Source: Oscillibacter sp.
GTDB lineage: Bacteria > Bacillota > Clostridia > Oscillospirales > Oscillospiraceae
Length of the DNA: 64,000 nt
Assembly: GCA_017527365.1 (NCBI GenBank)
Contig: JAFXQD010000090.1
Coordinates: 1,568 to 65,567 of the forward strand
Reading direction: 5' to 3'
Shown: positions 29,704 to 37,885 of the stretch, one piece after another
How positions within the stretch are numbered: the first letter of the stretch is position 1
Layout of the letters: every line of letters begins with the position of its first letter
Notes under the pieces: model-generated
What the model was told of the DNA's origin: nothing
Databases searched by the model: none
What the model saw: only the letters and a program-made list of their open reading frames with translations
Made by a program: the position numbers and the translations under genes

Positions 29704-29824
29704 GAACCGCGCTCTCTCCCGCCTCGCGGGGGAGGGCGTGAAAATTTTACATGCGTTCCGCCGTCCCCGCGCCCGCATGAGGCGCCGCTTTCCGGAGATA
29801 CTATGCGCGAAAGGGGGCGGACGT

Positions 29825-30004
29825 ATGAACGCAAGAACGGGCTTTATGGCGGGAATCGGCGCCGGGCTGATGGCGGGCGCGTTCGCGGGAGCCATGCTTC
29901 CCGCAGGACGCGACCCGATGAAAACGCAGGTTGGAAAGAGTATCCGGAAACTTGGCCGCGCCGTGGACAGGGCGGTTGACAACGTGATTTCCGAAATCAA
30001 GTAA
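29825..30004 (+). CDS. hypothetical small Gly-rich protein
   Basis: 59 aa (MNARTGFMAGIGAGLMAGAFAGAM..) with a G-rich SD upstream. No recognised family. Confidence 0.3.
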   Translation: MNARTGFMAGIGAGLMAGAFAGAMLPAGRDPMKTQVGKSIRKLGRAVDRAVDNVISEIK

Positions 30005-30052
30005 GTTTTCCGGGGGGCGCCGTTCCCCCGGAAAAAAATCTTTCTCCGGGGC

Positions 30053-30080
30053 TTGACTTTCTCCGAATCTCTGCTATAAT
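30053..30080 (+). promoter_or_regulatory. promoter for tRNA-Ser
   Basis: TTGACT, a 16-nt spacer, then TATAAT, about 38 nt upstream of the tRNA 5' end. Confidence 0.6.
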
Positions 30081-30118
30081 AGCGTTGTTGTCCGTCGGGA
30101 CAGCGGAATATTGCGCTT

Positions 30119-30210
30119 GGAGAAGTCGCCTAGTTGGTCGAGGGCGCATGATTGGAAATCATGTAGGCTCCTAAAGGGTCTCAGGGGTTCGAATCCCCTC
30201 TTCTCCGCCA
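30119..30210 (+). tRNA. tRNA-Ser (anticodon GGA)
   Basis: Folds by hand into a cloverleaf: 7-bp acceptor GGAGAAG/CTTCTCC, anticodon stem CATGA/TCATG with loop TTGGAAA, a long variable arm, TTCGAAT T-loop and an encoded CCA. Confidence 0.9.
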
Positions 30211-30211
30211 A

Positions 30212-30252
30212 AGCGTCCGGGTTTTCAGCGAGACCCGGACGCTTCTTTTCGT
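30212..30252 (+). terminator. intrinsic terminator after tRNA-Ser
   Basis: Perfect 11-bp stem AGCGTCCGGGT/ACCCGGACGCT followed by TCTTTTCGTTT. Confidence 0.7.
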
Positions 30253-30351
30253 TTCCCGCCCCGCGAAAAAATTCTTGCGGACGGCTCCGGAAGATGATAT
30301 ACTGGTAAAGACCGCCGGAGTCCGCGTTTGTCAGATTGGGAGGAACCGCGT

Positions 30352-32337
30352 ATGAAGCATAATCCGTCGTCACGGCTGTTGGAACCGAATATGCGGCTGT
30401 ACTTCCTATTCCTCCTGCTTTTCGCGGGGGCGGCGCTGTTCGTCAGTCCGGGGCTCGCCGCGCTGGAGCTGTCCGCTTCCGCCGCGCTCTACTTCTTCTT
30501 CCGGCGCAACAGCAAACAGCGCCGCGTCCGCGTCCTGCGCTACATCGACAGCCTGACCGGAAGCGTCGAGACCGCCGGGAAGTCGTCGCTGATTAACTCC
30601 CCCCTGCCGACGATGGTGCTCCGTCCCGACACCGAGGAAATCATATGGAGCAACGAGAGCTTCCTACAGTTGACGGGCGTCCGGGAAGGCCTCTTTGAAA
30701 CCAGCGTCCGCGACGCCGCGCCGGGATTCCCCGTGCAATGGCTTCTGGAAGGCAAGCGCGAATGCCCCGAACGCGTGGAGCTGAACGGGCGCCGCTTCCG
30801 GGTGTTCGGGAGCGTTGTCCGGGCGAAAGGCAAGGGCGAGCAAAACCTTGTCGCCACTACTTACTGGATTGACACGACCGACGCCGACGCCATGCGCAAG
30901 CTCTACGAGGACAACCGGACGGTCGTCGGGCTTCTTGTCCTTGACAACTACGAGGACTTGATGAAAGCCTGTCCGGAGGCGCAGAGGAGCGCGTTTCTGG
31001 CGAAGTTCGAGGAAAAGCTGAACGCGTGGGCGTCAAGCGGGCTTCTTGTCCGCACACAGCGCGACCGATACCTTTATATCTTTGAACAGGCGTGGTACGA
31101 GCGCCTTGTGGAGGAAAAGTTTTCCATTCTTGACAGCATTCATGAAGTCAAAGCCGCCGACAGCATTGCCGCCACGCTCTCTATCGGAATCGGCGTGGAC
31201 GCGGGGAACGTCGCCGAGCTCTACAAGAGCGCGAACGTGTCGCTTGAAATGGCGTTAAGCCGGGGCGGAGACCAAGCGGTCGTGCGGAACAAGGTGGATT
31301 TCGAGTTTTACGGCGGGCGCTCCAAGACCACTGAAAAGCGCACGAAAGTGAAATCCCGCGTGATGGCGACGGCGTTGAGCGAAATGATGTCGGACGCGAA
31401 GGAAGTCTATGTCATGGGGCACAGGTACTCCGACATGGACGCGGTCGGGGCGGCGGCGGGCATTTGCTGCGCCATACGCAAGCGCGGCAAGACGCCCCAT
31501 GTCGTCATCAACGCCGAGCAGACCGCCGCCAAGAGCCTCCTTGACAGGCTCCGCCCCCTGCCGGAATACGAGGGCGTGTTCATGAACCCCGACGAGGCGT
31601 TTTTGAAACTGCGCCCCGGCGCGTTGCTGGTCGTCGTGGACACCAACCGCCCGGAAATGGTCGAGAGCCCCGACATTCTGGAATCGTGCAACCGCGTCGC
31701 GGTTATCGACCACCACCGCCGCGCCGCCACGTACATCGAAAATCCTGCGTTCAGCTTCCATGAGCCCTACGCCTCCTCCGCATCCGAACTCGTCACGGAA
31801 CTGTTGCAGTACATGGTAAACCCCGACGACCTCTTGAAAGAGGAAGCGGAAGCCCTGTTAGCCGGAATCGTGCTGGACACCAAGCATTTCGCCCAGCGCA
31901 CGGGCGGGCGCACGTTCGAGGCGGCGGCGTTCCTGCGGCGTTCCGGCGCCGACACCGAGAACGTGCAGAAGCTGTTCCAGAGCGACTTGCAAGCCATGAT
32001 TGCCCGTTACGGCATTATCCGGCAGGCGGAGCTTTACCGGGGCAATATGGCGATAGCCGCCGTGGACGAGGACGGCGTTGACCGCGTGACGGCGGCTATG
32101 GCGGCGGACGAACTTATGACATTGAAAGGCGTGCAGGCGTCGTTCGTACTGTTCCGCGCCGGGGAGGGCGTGCAGATTTCGGCGCGCTCCATGGGCGAGG
32201 TCAACGTGCAGATGATATTAGAGCCGCTGGGCGGCGGCGGCAACTCGACGGTAGCCGGGTGCCGTATCGACAACGGGACTGTCCCCGTGACACAGGAGCG
32301 CTTGATGAACTCCATCGACGCCTATTTTGAGAAATGA
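30352..32337 (+). CDS. gdpP: DHH/DHHA1 family c-di-AMP phosphodiesterase, GdpP-like
   Basis: Two N-terminal TM helices, a PAS-like region and a degenerate GGDEF-like region, then DHH motifs (GHRYSDMDAVGAA, VIDHHRR) and DHHA1 (GGGGN..). It lies immediately upstream of rplI-dnaB, as in Bacillus. GGGAGGA SD before the ATG at 30352. Confidence 0.8.
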   Translation: MKHNPSSRLLEPNMRLYFLFLLLFAGAALFVSPGLAALELSASAALYFFFRRNSKQRRVRVLRYIDSLTGSVETAGKSSLINSPLPTMVLRPDTEEIIWSNESFLQLTGVREGLFETSVRDAAPGFPVQWLLEGKRECPERVELNGRRFRVFGSVVRAKGKGEQNLVATTYWIDTTDADAMRKLYEDNRTVVGLLVLDNYEDLMKACPEAQRSAFLAKFEEKLNAWASSGLLVRTQRDRYLYIFEQAWYERLVEEKFSILDSIHEVKAADSIAATLSIGIGVDAGNVAELYKSANVSLEMALSRGGDQAVVRNKVDFEFYGGRSKTTEKRTKVKSRVMATALSEMMSDAKEVYVMGHRYSDMDAVGAAAGICCAIRKRGKTPHVVINAEQTAAKSLLDRLRPLPEYEGVFMNPDEAFLKLRPGALLVVVDTNRPEMVESPDILESCNRVAVIDHHRRAATYIENPAFSFHEPYASSASELVTELLQYMVNPDDLLKEEAEALLAGIVLDTKHFAQRTGGRTFEAAAFLRRSGADTENVQKLFQSDLQAMIARYGIIRQAELYRGNMAIAAVDEDGVDRVTAAMAADELMTLKGVQASFVLFRAGEGVQISARSMGEVNVQMILEPLGGGGNSTVAGCRIDNGTVPVTQERLMNSIDAYFEK

Positions 32338-32346
32338 GGCTTTGCC

Positions 32347-33609
32347 GTGAAAACGAACGCGATAAAATTCCTCCCGCTGTGCGCGTTGCTCGTTCTGACG
32401 CTGGCGGCGTTCGCGTCCGCGGCGGGCGCGCAAGAGCCGGAGACGGCGCGGCTGTCGGCGGCGACGCTCGACGGCGGCGAATGCGGCTACGGCATGACAT
32501 GGCGGCTGGATACGGACGGCGTGTTTACCGTCAGCGGCAAGGGCGCCATGTCCGACTACCCCACGAAAGACATGGTTCCGTGGGTGCGCTACCGCATGGA
32601 CATTGAGAAACTCAACGTCGAGTACGGCGTGACGCGTATCGGCAACAACGCCTTCAACACCTTTCCCGACCTGATAGCCGTCACCATCCCGGAGACCGTG
32701 CGCGAAATCGGAAACTACGCTTTCGCCGACTGCGTTTCCCTGCATGACATCGTAATCGCCGACGGCCTGCAAACCATCGGCAACAGCGCCTTTACGGGAT
32801 GTTCCAAAATGACGGCGTTCCCCTTGCCGAAAACCGTCACGGAACTGGGGCAGGCGGCTTTTTCGCACTGCTCCGCCCTGTCGGAATTTCGCGTCGCGGG
32901 AATGCTCCGCGAAACGCGGGCTTCCCTCTTCGCCGATTGTACGTCCCTGCGAACCGTCTCGCTTCCCGCCTCCGTGCAAACCGTCGGACTGCGCACGTTT
33001 TCCGGTTGTACTTCGCTGTCGGCGATTGAGATTCCCGGCTGGGTGTCCGTCGTCGCCCCCTACGCGTTCGAGAAGTGCGCGTCGTTGCAGTCCGTTGACC
33101 TGCCGCCACGCCTTACCGACATTGAAAATGGCGTGTTTTCCGGTTGCGCCGCGCTGGAAAGCGTCGGCATTCCCGACAGCGTGCGCAATATCAAGGAGCG
33201 GGCGTTCGAGAACTGCGGCGCGTTGCGCACGGTCTACTACGGCGGCACGGCGGCGCAGTGGAAGGGCGTGAGCAAGTCCGATTTCGCCGACATGATTGAA
33301 CGCCGCTTCATCGACGTGCGTTACGGACAGGCGGAGGCGGCGTCGGATGTGGTGATAGAGCGTATCGACGTGGCGAACGGGCGGGTAACCGTGGAAATCG
33401 CGGGTCATCCGGCGGAGGGAAGCACGCTGTTTTTGGCGTCGTATGACAAGGACGGGCGTTTCCTCGCGCTGGACACGTACCCCATCGACGACCCCAACGC
33501 CTATACGGTCTACAGCCGCGACGCGCATACCCTGACGGCGTTTATGCTGGACGCCAACCGCCGCCCCGCCGCCAAGGCATTACAAAAAACCGTTCCAATA
33601 TCCGATTAA
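32347..33609 (+). CDS. secreted leucine-rich-repeat (BspA-type) protein
   Basis: Signal peptide (MKTNAIKFLPLCALLVLTLAAFASAAGA). Repeated 22-24-aa units with IGNNAF/IGNYAF/IGNSAF signatures. GTG start. Confidence 0.65.
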   Translation: MKTNAIKFLPLCALLVLTLAAFASAAGAQEPETARLSAATLDGGECGYGMTWRLDTDGVFTVSGKGAMSDYPTKDMVPWVRYRMDIEKLNVEYGVTRIGNNAFNTFPDLIAVTIPETVREIGNYAFADCVSLHDIVIADGLQTIGNSAFTGCSKMTAFPLPKTVTELGQAAFSHCSALSEFRVAGMLRETRASLFADCTSLRTVSLPASVQTVGLRTFSGCTSLSAIEIPGWVSVVAPYAFEKCASLQSVDLPPRLTDIENGVFSGCAALESVGIPDSVRNIKERAFENCGALRTVYYGGTAAQWKGVSKSDFADMIERRFIDVRYGQAEAASDVVIERIDVANGRVTVEIAGHPAEGSTLFLASYDKDGRFLALDTYPIDDPNAYTVYSRDAHTLTAFMLDANRRPAAKALQKTVPISD

Positions 33610-33660
33610 CTTCCCGGCAAACAGTCGGTATCTTTAATGAATCCATAAGGAGTAACAACC

Positions 33661-34110
33661 ATGAAAGTGATTTTGCAACAGGACGTGCGCGGCAAGGGCA
33701 AAAAGGGGCAGATGGTCGAAGTCGCCGAGGGATACGCCCGGAACTATCTGCTCCCGCGCAAGCTCGCGCTTCCCGCTACCGCCGACGCCATCAACACCAT
33801 GAAGATGCGGGAGAAGGCGAAAAAGGCGGAGGAAGCGCGGCTGAAAGCCGAAGCCGAGGCGACGGTCGAAAAGCTGAAAGGCTGTCAGGTGCGCATGACG
33901 GCGCGGGCGGGCAGTAACGGCAAGCTGTTCGGCTCCATCACCACGCAGGAAATCTCCGACGCGTTGAAGGAGCAGTACGGCGTGGAGATTCCGCGCCAGA
34001 AGCTGGTCTTGCCGGAGCCCATCAAGTCTTTCGGGAACTTTGAGGTCAAGGCGAAGCTGGGCTTTGAAGTCAGCGGCACGGTCTATGTCGCCGTGTACGA
34101 GAAGAAGTAA
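33661..34110 (+). CDS. rplI: 50S ribosomal protein L9
   Basis: [36 protein letters not shown] is the canonical L9 N-terminus. Confidence 0.95.
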   Translation: MKVILQQDVRGKGKKGQMVEVAEGYARNYLLPRKLALPATADAINTMKMREKAKKAEEARLKAEAEATVEKLKGCQVRMTARAGSNGKLFGSITTQEISDALKEQYGVEIPRQKLVLPEPIKSFGNFEVKAKLGFEVSGTVYVAVYEKK

Positions 34111-34112
34111 CG

Positions 34113-34268
34113 CAATGTCATTGACTTTACGTAAAACCCCCTCTGTCGCTGCGTGACATCTCCCCCAAAGGGGGAGACACAGAGACGAAAACGCTATGAA
34201 AAATTCGTTCCCCCTCCCCTTTGGGGAGGGGGACAGGGGGAAGGGTTTTCCTAAGTTAATGACATTGG
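34113..34268 (+). repeat. structured intergenic repeat, copy 1 (full length, with outer inverted termini)
   Basis: Outer inverted repeat CAATGTCATTGACTT ... AAGTTAATGACATTG. Inner arms CCCCCTCTGTC ... GACAGGGGGAAGGG. Two perfect internal hairpins: TCTCCCCC-AAA-GGGGGAGA and CCCCCTCCCC-TTT-GGGGAGGGGG. Starts 3 nt after the rplI stop. Confidence 0.85.
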
Positions 34269-34329
34269 AAGTAACGCGCTTCCCGTTCGCGCCGTCTCCC
34301 GGAGGTGATTTCCCACGGCGAATGAAGAT

Positions 34330-35661
34330 TTGTTGTTACGGCAGGCGCCGCATTCGCTGGAGGCGGAACAGGCGGTGCTTGGCTCCATGCTCATTGACTC
34401 CGACTGCGTGAAGCTGGTCATGGACAAGCTCCGCCCGGACGATTTCTATCTGCGGCAGAACCGGGAGATTTTCGAGACCGTCTACGCGATGTTCTCCTAC
34501 TCGAAGCCCATAGACGGCATAACCGTCGCGGAGGAAATGCGCCGCAACGGGACGTATGACGAGGCGACGACGCGCAACTACCTTGCGCAACTCATGGAGA
34601 TTACGCCGACGAGCGCGAACGTCATGGAGTACGCCGCGATTGTGGCGGACAAGTCGCTGTTGCGGGCGGTGGCGTCGGCGGCGTCGGAGATTGCAACGCT
34701 GGTTCAGGAGGGCGCCGGGGAGGCGCGGGACATCCTCGAAGCCAGCGAACAGAAAATTTCCGCCATCCGCAAGGAGCAAAGCGTAAACAGCATGATTCCG
34801 CTCAAACAGGTCTTGCCGGAAGTGCTGGACCGTCTGGGCGAGATGACCGAGAACGAAAGCCATCTTCCGGGGCTGTCCACGGGGCTTTCGGCGATTGACC
34901 GCAAAATCATGGGGCTGAACCGTTCGGACTTAATCCTATTGGCGGCGCGTCCGGGCATGGGCAAAACGTCCATGGCGCTCAACATCGCGCTGAACGTGGC
35001 GAAGAGCGCGGAAAAGACGGTGGCGATATTTTCGCTGGAAATGTCAAGGGAGCAGTTGGCGTCAAGGATTTTGTCCGCGGAATCGCTGGTGGACAACTAC
35101 CGCCTCAAGACGGGCGAACTGAGCGAAAGCGACTGGGAGAAAATCGCCGCCGCCGTCGTGACGTTGAGCCGTATGGACATACTCCTCGACGACAACCCGC
35201 TTTTGAGCGTCGCCGACATGAACGCCAAATGCCGCCGGATTGATAACTTGGGGCTGGTCGTGATAGACTACCTGCAACTGATGAGTTCGAGCGGACGGAC
35301 GCGGGGCGGCGAGAACCGCCAGCAGGTCGTTTCGGACATGTCGCGCATGTTGAAAATCATGGCGAAAGAGCTGGACGTGCCCGTGATTTGCCTTAGCCAG
35401 TTGAGCCGCGCCAACGAGAAGCGCGACGACAAGCGCCCGCAGTTGTCGGACTTGCGCGAATCGGGCGCGATTGAGCAGGACGCCGATATAGTCATGTTCC
35501 TGTATCGTGACGACTACTACAATATAGACACGGACAAGCACAACATCGCCGAGTGCATTGTGGCGAAGAACCGCCACGGCGAGACGGGCACGGTCGAATT
35601 GCGCTGGATGCCGCAGTATACCATGTTCGCCACGATTGAGAATCGGCGCGAAAACGAGTGA
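34330..35661 (+). CDS. dnaB: replicative DNA helicase DnaB
   Basis: Motifs PHSLEAEQAVLGSML, Walker A ARPGMGKTS and ..SQLSRANEKR... The start codon is uncertain (TTG at 34330, no good SD). Confidence 0.9.
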   Translation: MLLRQAPHSLEAEQAVLGSMLIDSDCVKLVMDKLRPDDFYLRQNREIFETVYAMFSYSKPIDGITVAEEMRRNGTYDEATTRNYLAQLMEITPTSANVMEYAAIVADKSLLRAVASAASEIATLVQEGAGEARDILEASEQKISAIRKEQSVNSMIPLKQVLPEVLDRLGEMTENESHLPGLSTGLSAIDRKIMGLNRSDLILLAARPGMGKTSMALNIALNVAKSAEKTVAIFSLEMSREQLASRILSAESLVDNYRLKTGELSESDWEKIAAAVVTLSRMDILLDDNPLLSVADMNAKCRRIDNLGLVVIDYLQLMSSSGRTRGGENRQQVVSDMSRMLKIMAKELDVPVICLSQLSRANEKRDDKRPQLSDLRESGAIEQDADIVMFLYRDDYYNIDTDKHNIAECIVAKNRHGETGTVELRWMPQYTMFATIENRRENE

Positions 35662-35820
35662 CGGGGGCTGTCTTATGTTGGACTTTCTGGAGCCATACGC
35701 CATAACGTTTGTCGTCCTGTACGGAATCGGCAAGGCGGTCTTTATCGCCGCCCTGCTTGCGCTCGCCGCGCTTCTGTTTGTTCTGCCGGATACGGTTCTA
35801 TCTTGCGTTATGGGCGATTG

Positions 35821-35930
35821 ACCCCCTCTGTCGCTGCGCGACATCTCCCCCAAAGGGGGAGACGCAAAAACAAAAGGCTGTTAAAGGGTTAGTTCCCCGC
35901 CCCTTTGGGGAGGGGGACAGGGGGAAGGGT
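35821..35930 (+). repeat. structured intergenic repeat, copy 2 (core only)
   Basis: Same core as copy 1 (ACCCCCTCTGTCGCTGCGCGACATCTCCCCCAAAGGGGGAGAC ... CCCCGCCCCTTTGGGGAGGGGGACAGGGGGAAGGG). It ends 12 nt before the tilS ATG. Confidence 0.85.
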
Positions 35931-35942
35931 GAAAGCGACGTT

Positions 35943-37250
35943 ATGCGCGATATTTCCGAATGGCTTCCGAAAGCGGGCGAAACCGTGCTTTGCGGCGTGT
36001 CGGGCGGCGCGGATTCTATGGTTCTGCTTGACATCCTGCGGGCATGGTGCGCGGAGCGCGGCGGCGGGGTCGTCGCGGCGCATTACAACCACCATCTGCG
36101 CCCGACGGCAGACCGCGACGAAACCTTTGTGCGCGGCTGGTGCGAAAAGCACAATATTCCGTTCGCAAGCGGCGGCGGGGACGTGAAAACCTACGCCGCC
36201 TGCGAGGGGCTGTCAGTCGAGGAGGCGGCGCGGAAACTGCGTTACGCGTTCCTGCGGCGCGAGGCGGCGTCGCGTGGGATTGCGCGAATTTATGTCGCCC
36301 ACCACGCCGACGACAACGCCGAAACCGTCCTGTGGAACCTGATTCGCGGCGCGGGCTTGCGGGGATTGTCGGGCATGAGCCGCGAGCGCGGCGGGATTGT
36401 CCGCCCGCTGTTGGACGTGACGCGCCGGGAAATCGAGGAGTACGCGCAGGCGCACGGCGTCCCGCACGTCGAGGACGAGACCAACGCCGACCCGGACGCC
36501 GCGACGCGCAACCTGTTGCGGCTGGAAGTCATGCCGCTGTTGCGGCGGCTCAACCCGAAAGCCGGGGAGCGCTTGCGCGAGGCGGCGCGGCAGTCCGCCG
36601 CGCTCTGCGCGTTCGCGGAAAACGCGGCGCGGCGGCATACGGGGCGCATGGAGGCGCGGGACGGCTTCGCGGCGATTCCGGCGCGTGACCTGCGCGCCGC
36701 CCCGCCCGAACTGCGCCCGCTGATTCTGCTGTCCATGCTGGACGCGTCGGGCGTCGGGCGCAAGGATTTCGGCGCCGCGCACTTGCAAGCGGCGTTGCGG
36801 CTGTTGGACGGCGGCGAACGCGTCGATTTGCCGCACGGCGTCGCGGCGTCCGTGCGCGACGGCTGGCTTACGCTGGAAACGCGCCAAGCGTTAGAGGAAC
36901 GCGAGCTTGTGCCGGGCGCCACGCTCCGCTGGGGGCGCTATGAGCTTACGTTAGAGGACGGCGCGAGCGGCGCGGACGGCGGCGGGCTGGCGCTCCGTGC
37001 GGGAGGCGGACGCGTGACCGTGCGCCCGATTGCGGCAAACGCCCGCCTGACGTTGCCGGGGGCGAACGGCGCCCGCACGCTTAAACGCCTTTGCATGGAT
37101 AATCGTATCTCCTTGGCGGAACGCGACGCGCTCCCGGCGTTCTACGTCGGCGGAGAGCTTGCCGCCGTATGGAAAATCGGCGTTGACGCCGCTTTTGTCC
37201 CGGACGGCGCAAAATTCCGCCTTATCCGGGCGCGGGAAAGCAACTTGTGA
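35943..37250 (+). CDS. tilS: tRNA(Ile)-lysidine synthase
   Basis: PP-loop VLCGVSGGADSMVLL. The start is taken at the ATG at 35943. The ORF-track N-terminus (35709..) reads through repeat copy 2 and is rejected. Confidence 0.9.
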   Translation: MRDISEWLPKAGETVLCGVSGGADSMVLLDILRAWCAERGGGVVAAHYNHHLRPTADRDETFVRGWCEKHNIPFASGGGDVKTYAACEGLSVEEAARKLRYAFLRREAASRGIARIYVAHHADDNAETVLWNLIRGAGLRGLSGMSRERGGIVRPLLDVTRREIEEYAQAHGVPHVEDETNADPDAATRNLLRLEVMPLLRRLNPKAGERLREAARQSAALCAFAENAARRHTGRMEARDGFAAIPARDLRAAPPELRPLILLSMLDASGVGRKDFGAAHLQAALRLLDGGERVDLPHGVAASVRDGWLTLETRQALEERELVPGATLRWGRYELTLEDGASGADGGGLALRAGGGRVTVRPIAANARLTLPGANGARTLKRLCMDNRISLAERDALPAFYVGGELAAVWKIGVDAAFVPDGAKFRLIRARESNL

Positions 37251-37301
37251 TTCCAGTTTGTGGGAAATGACGGAAAATTTCAGAAAGAGGGGTTGTTATT
37301 T

Positions 37302-37865
37302 ATGAAAAATGAGTTGACAAATGACATTTTAAAGGTACTATATACGGAGGAGCAAATCCGGGAGCGCGTGAAGGAACTCGGCGCGGCTATCGCGGAGAAG
37401 TTCGCCGGACAACGCCCGCTGTTTGTCGGAATCCTGAAAGGCTCCGTCCTGTTTCTCGCCGACCTCATCCGCGCCTGCCCGCTCCGCGCCGACCTTGAGA
37501 TGATGGCGGTCAGCTCCTACGGCAACGCCGCCGTCTCTTCCGGGCGCGTCCGCATTACTTACGACATTCCCACCGATGTCCGCGACCGCGATTTGATTAT
37601 TGTGGAAGATATTCTCGACTCCGGGAACACGCTCTCTTTCCTGAAAGAGTACCTGAACGCCAAGGGCGCGGCGTCCGTCACTATCGTTACCCTGTTGGAC
37701 AAGCCGTCGGGGCGGCAGAAAGCCGTGACCGCCGATTACGTGGGCTTCCCCGTCCCCGACGCCTTTGTCGTGGGCTATGGGCTCGACTACGCCCAGCTCT
37801 ACCGCAACCTGCCCTGTATCGGGATTCTGAAACCGGAGGTCTACGAAAAGCCCGACGGGGATTAA
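37302..37865 (+). CDS. hpt: hypoxanthine phosphoribosyltransferase
   Basis: PRPP-binding motif [14 protein letters not shown]. tilS-hpt-ftsH synteny. Confidence 0.9.
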   Translation: MKNELTNDILKVLYTEEQIRERVKELGAAIAEKFAGQRPLFVGILKGSVLFLADLIRACPLRADLEMMAVSSYGNAAVSSGRVRITYDIPTDVRDRDLIIVEDILDSGNTLSFLKEYLNAKGAASVTIVTLLDKPSGRQKAVTADYVGFPVPDAFVVGYGLDYAQLYRNLPCIGILKPEVYEKPDGD

Positions 37866-37885
37866 CATATAAAGGGGGATTTTCT

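Noticed and set aside
35709-35942. N-terminal extension of the tilS ORF, and similar small ORFs (34196-34411, 45519-45769, 51561-51803, 51829-52035)
   Set aside because: They read through copies of the intergenic repeat and produce the same recurring peptides in unrelated contexts (..SPPKGGE.., ..PFGEGDRGKG..). They are artefacts of the repeat, not genes.
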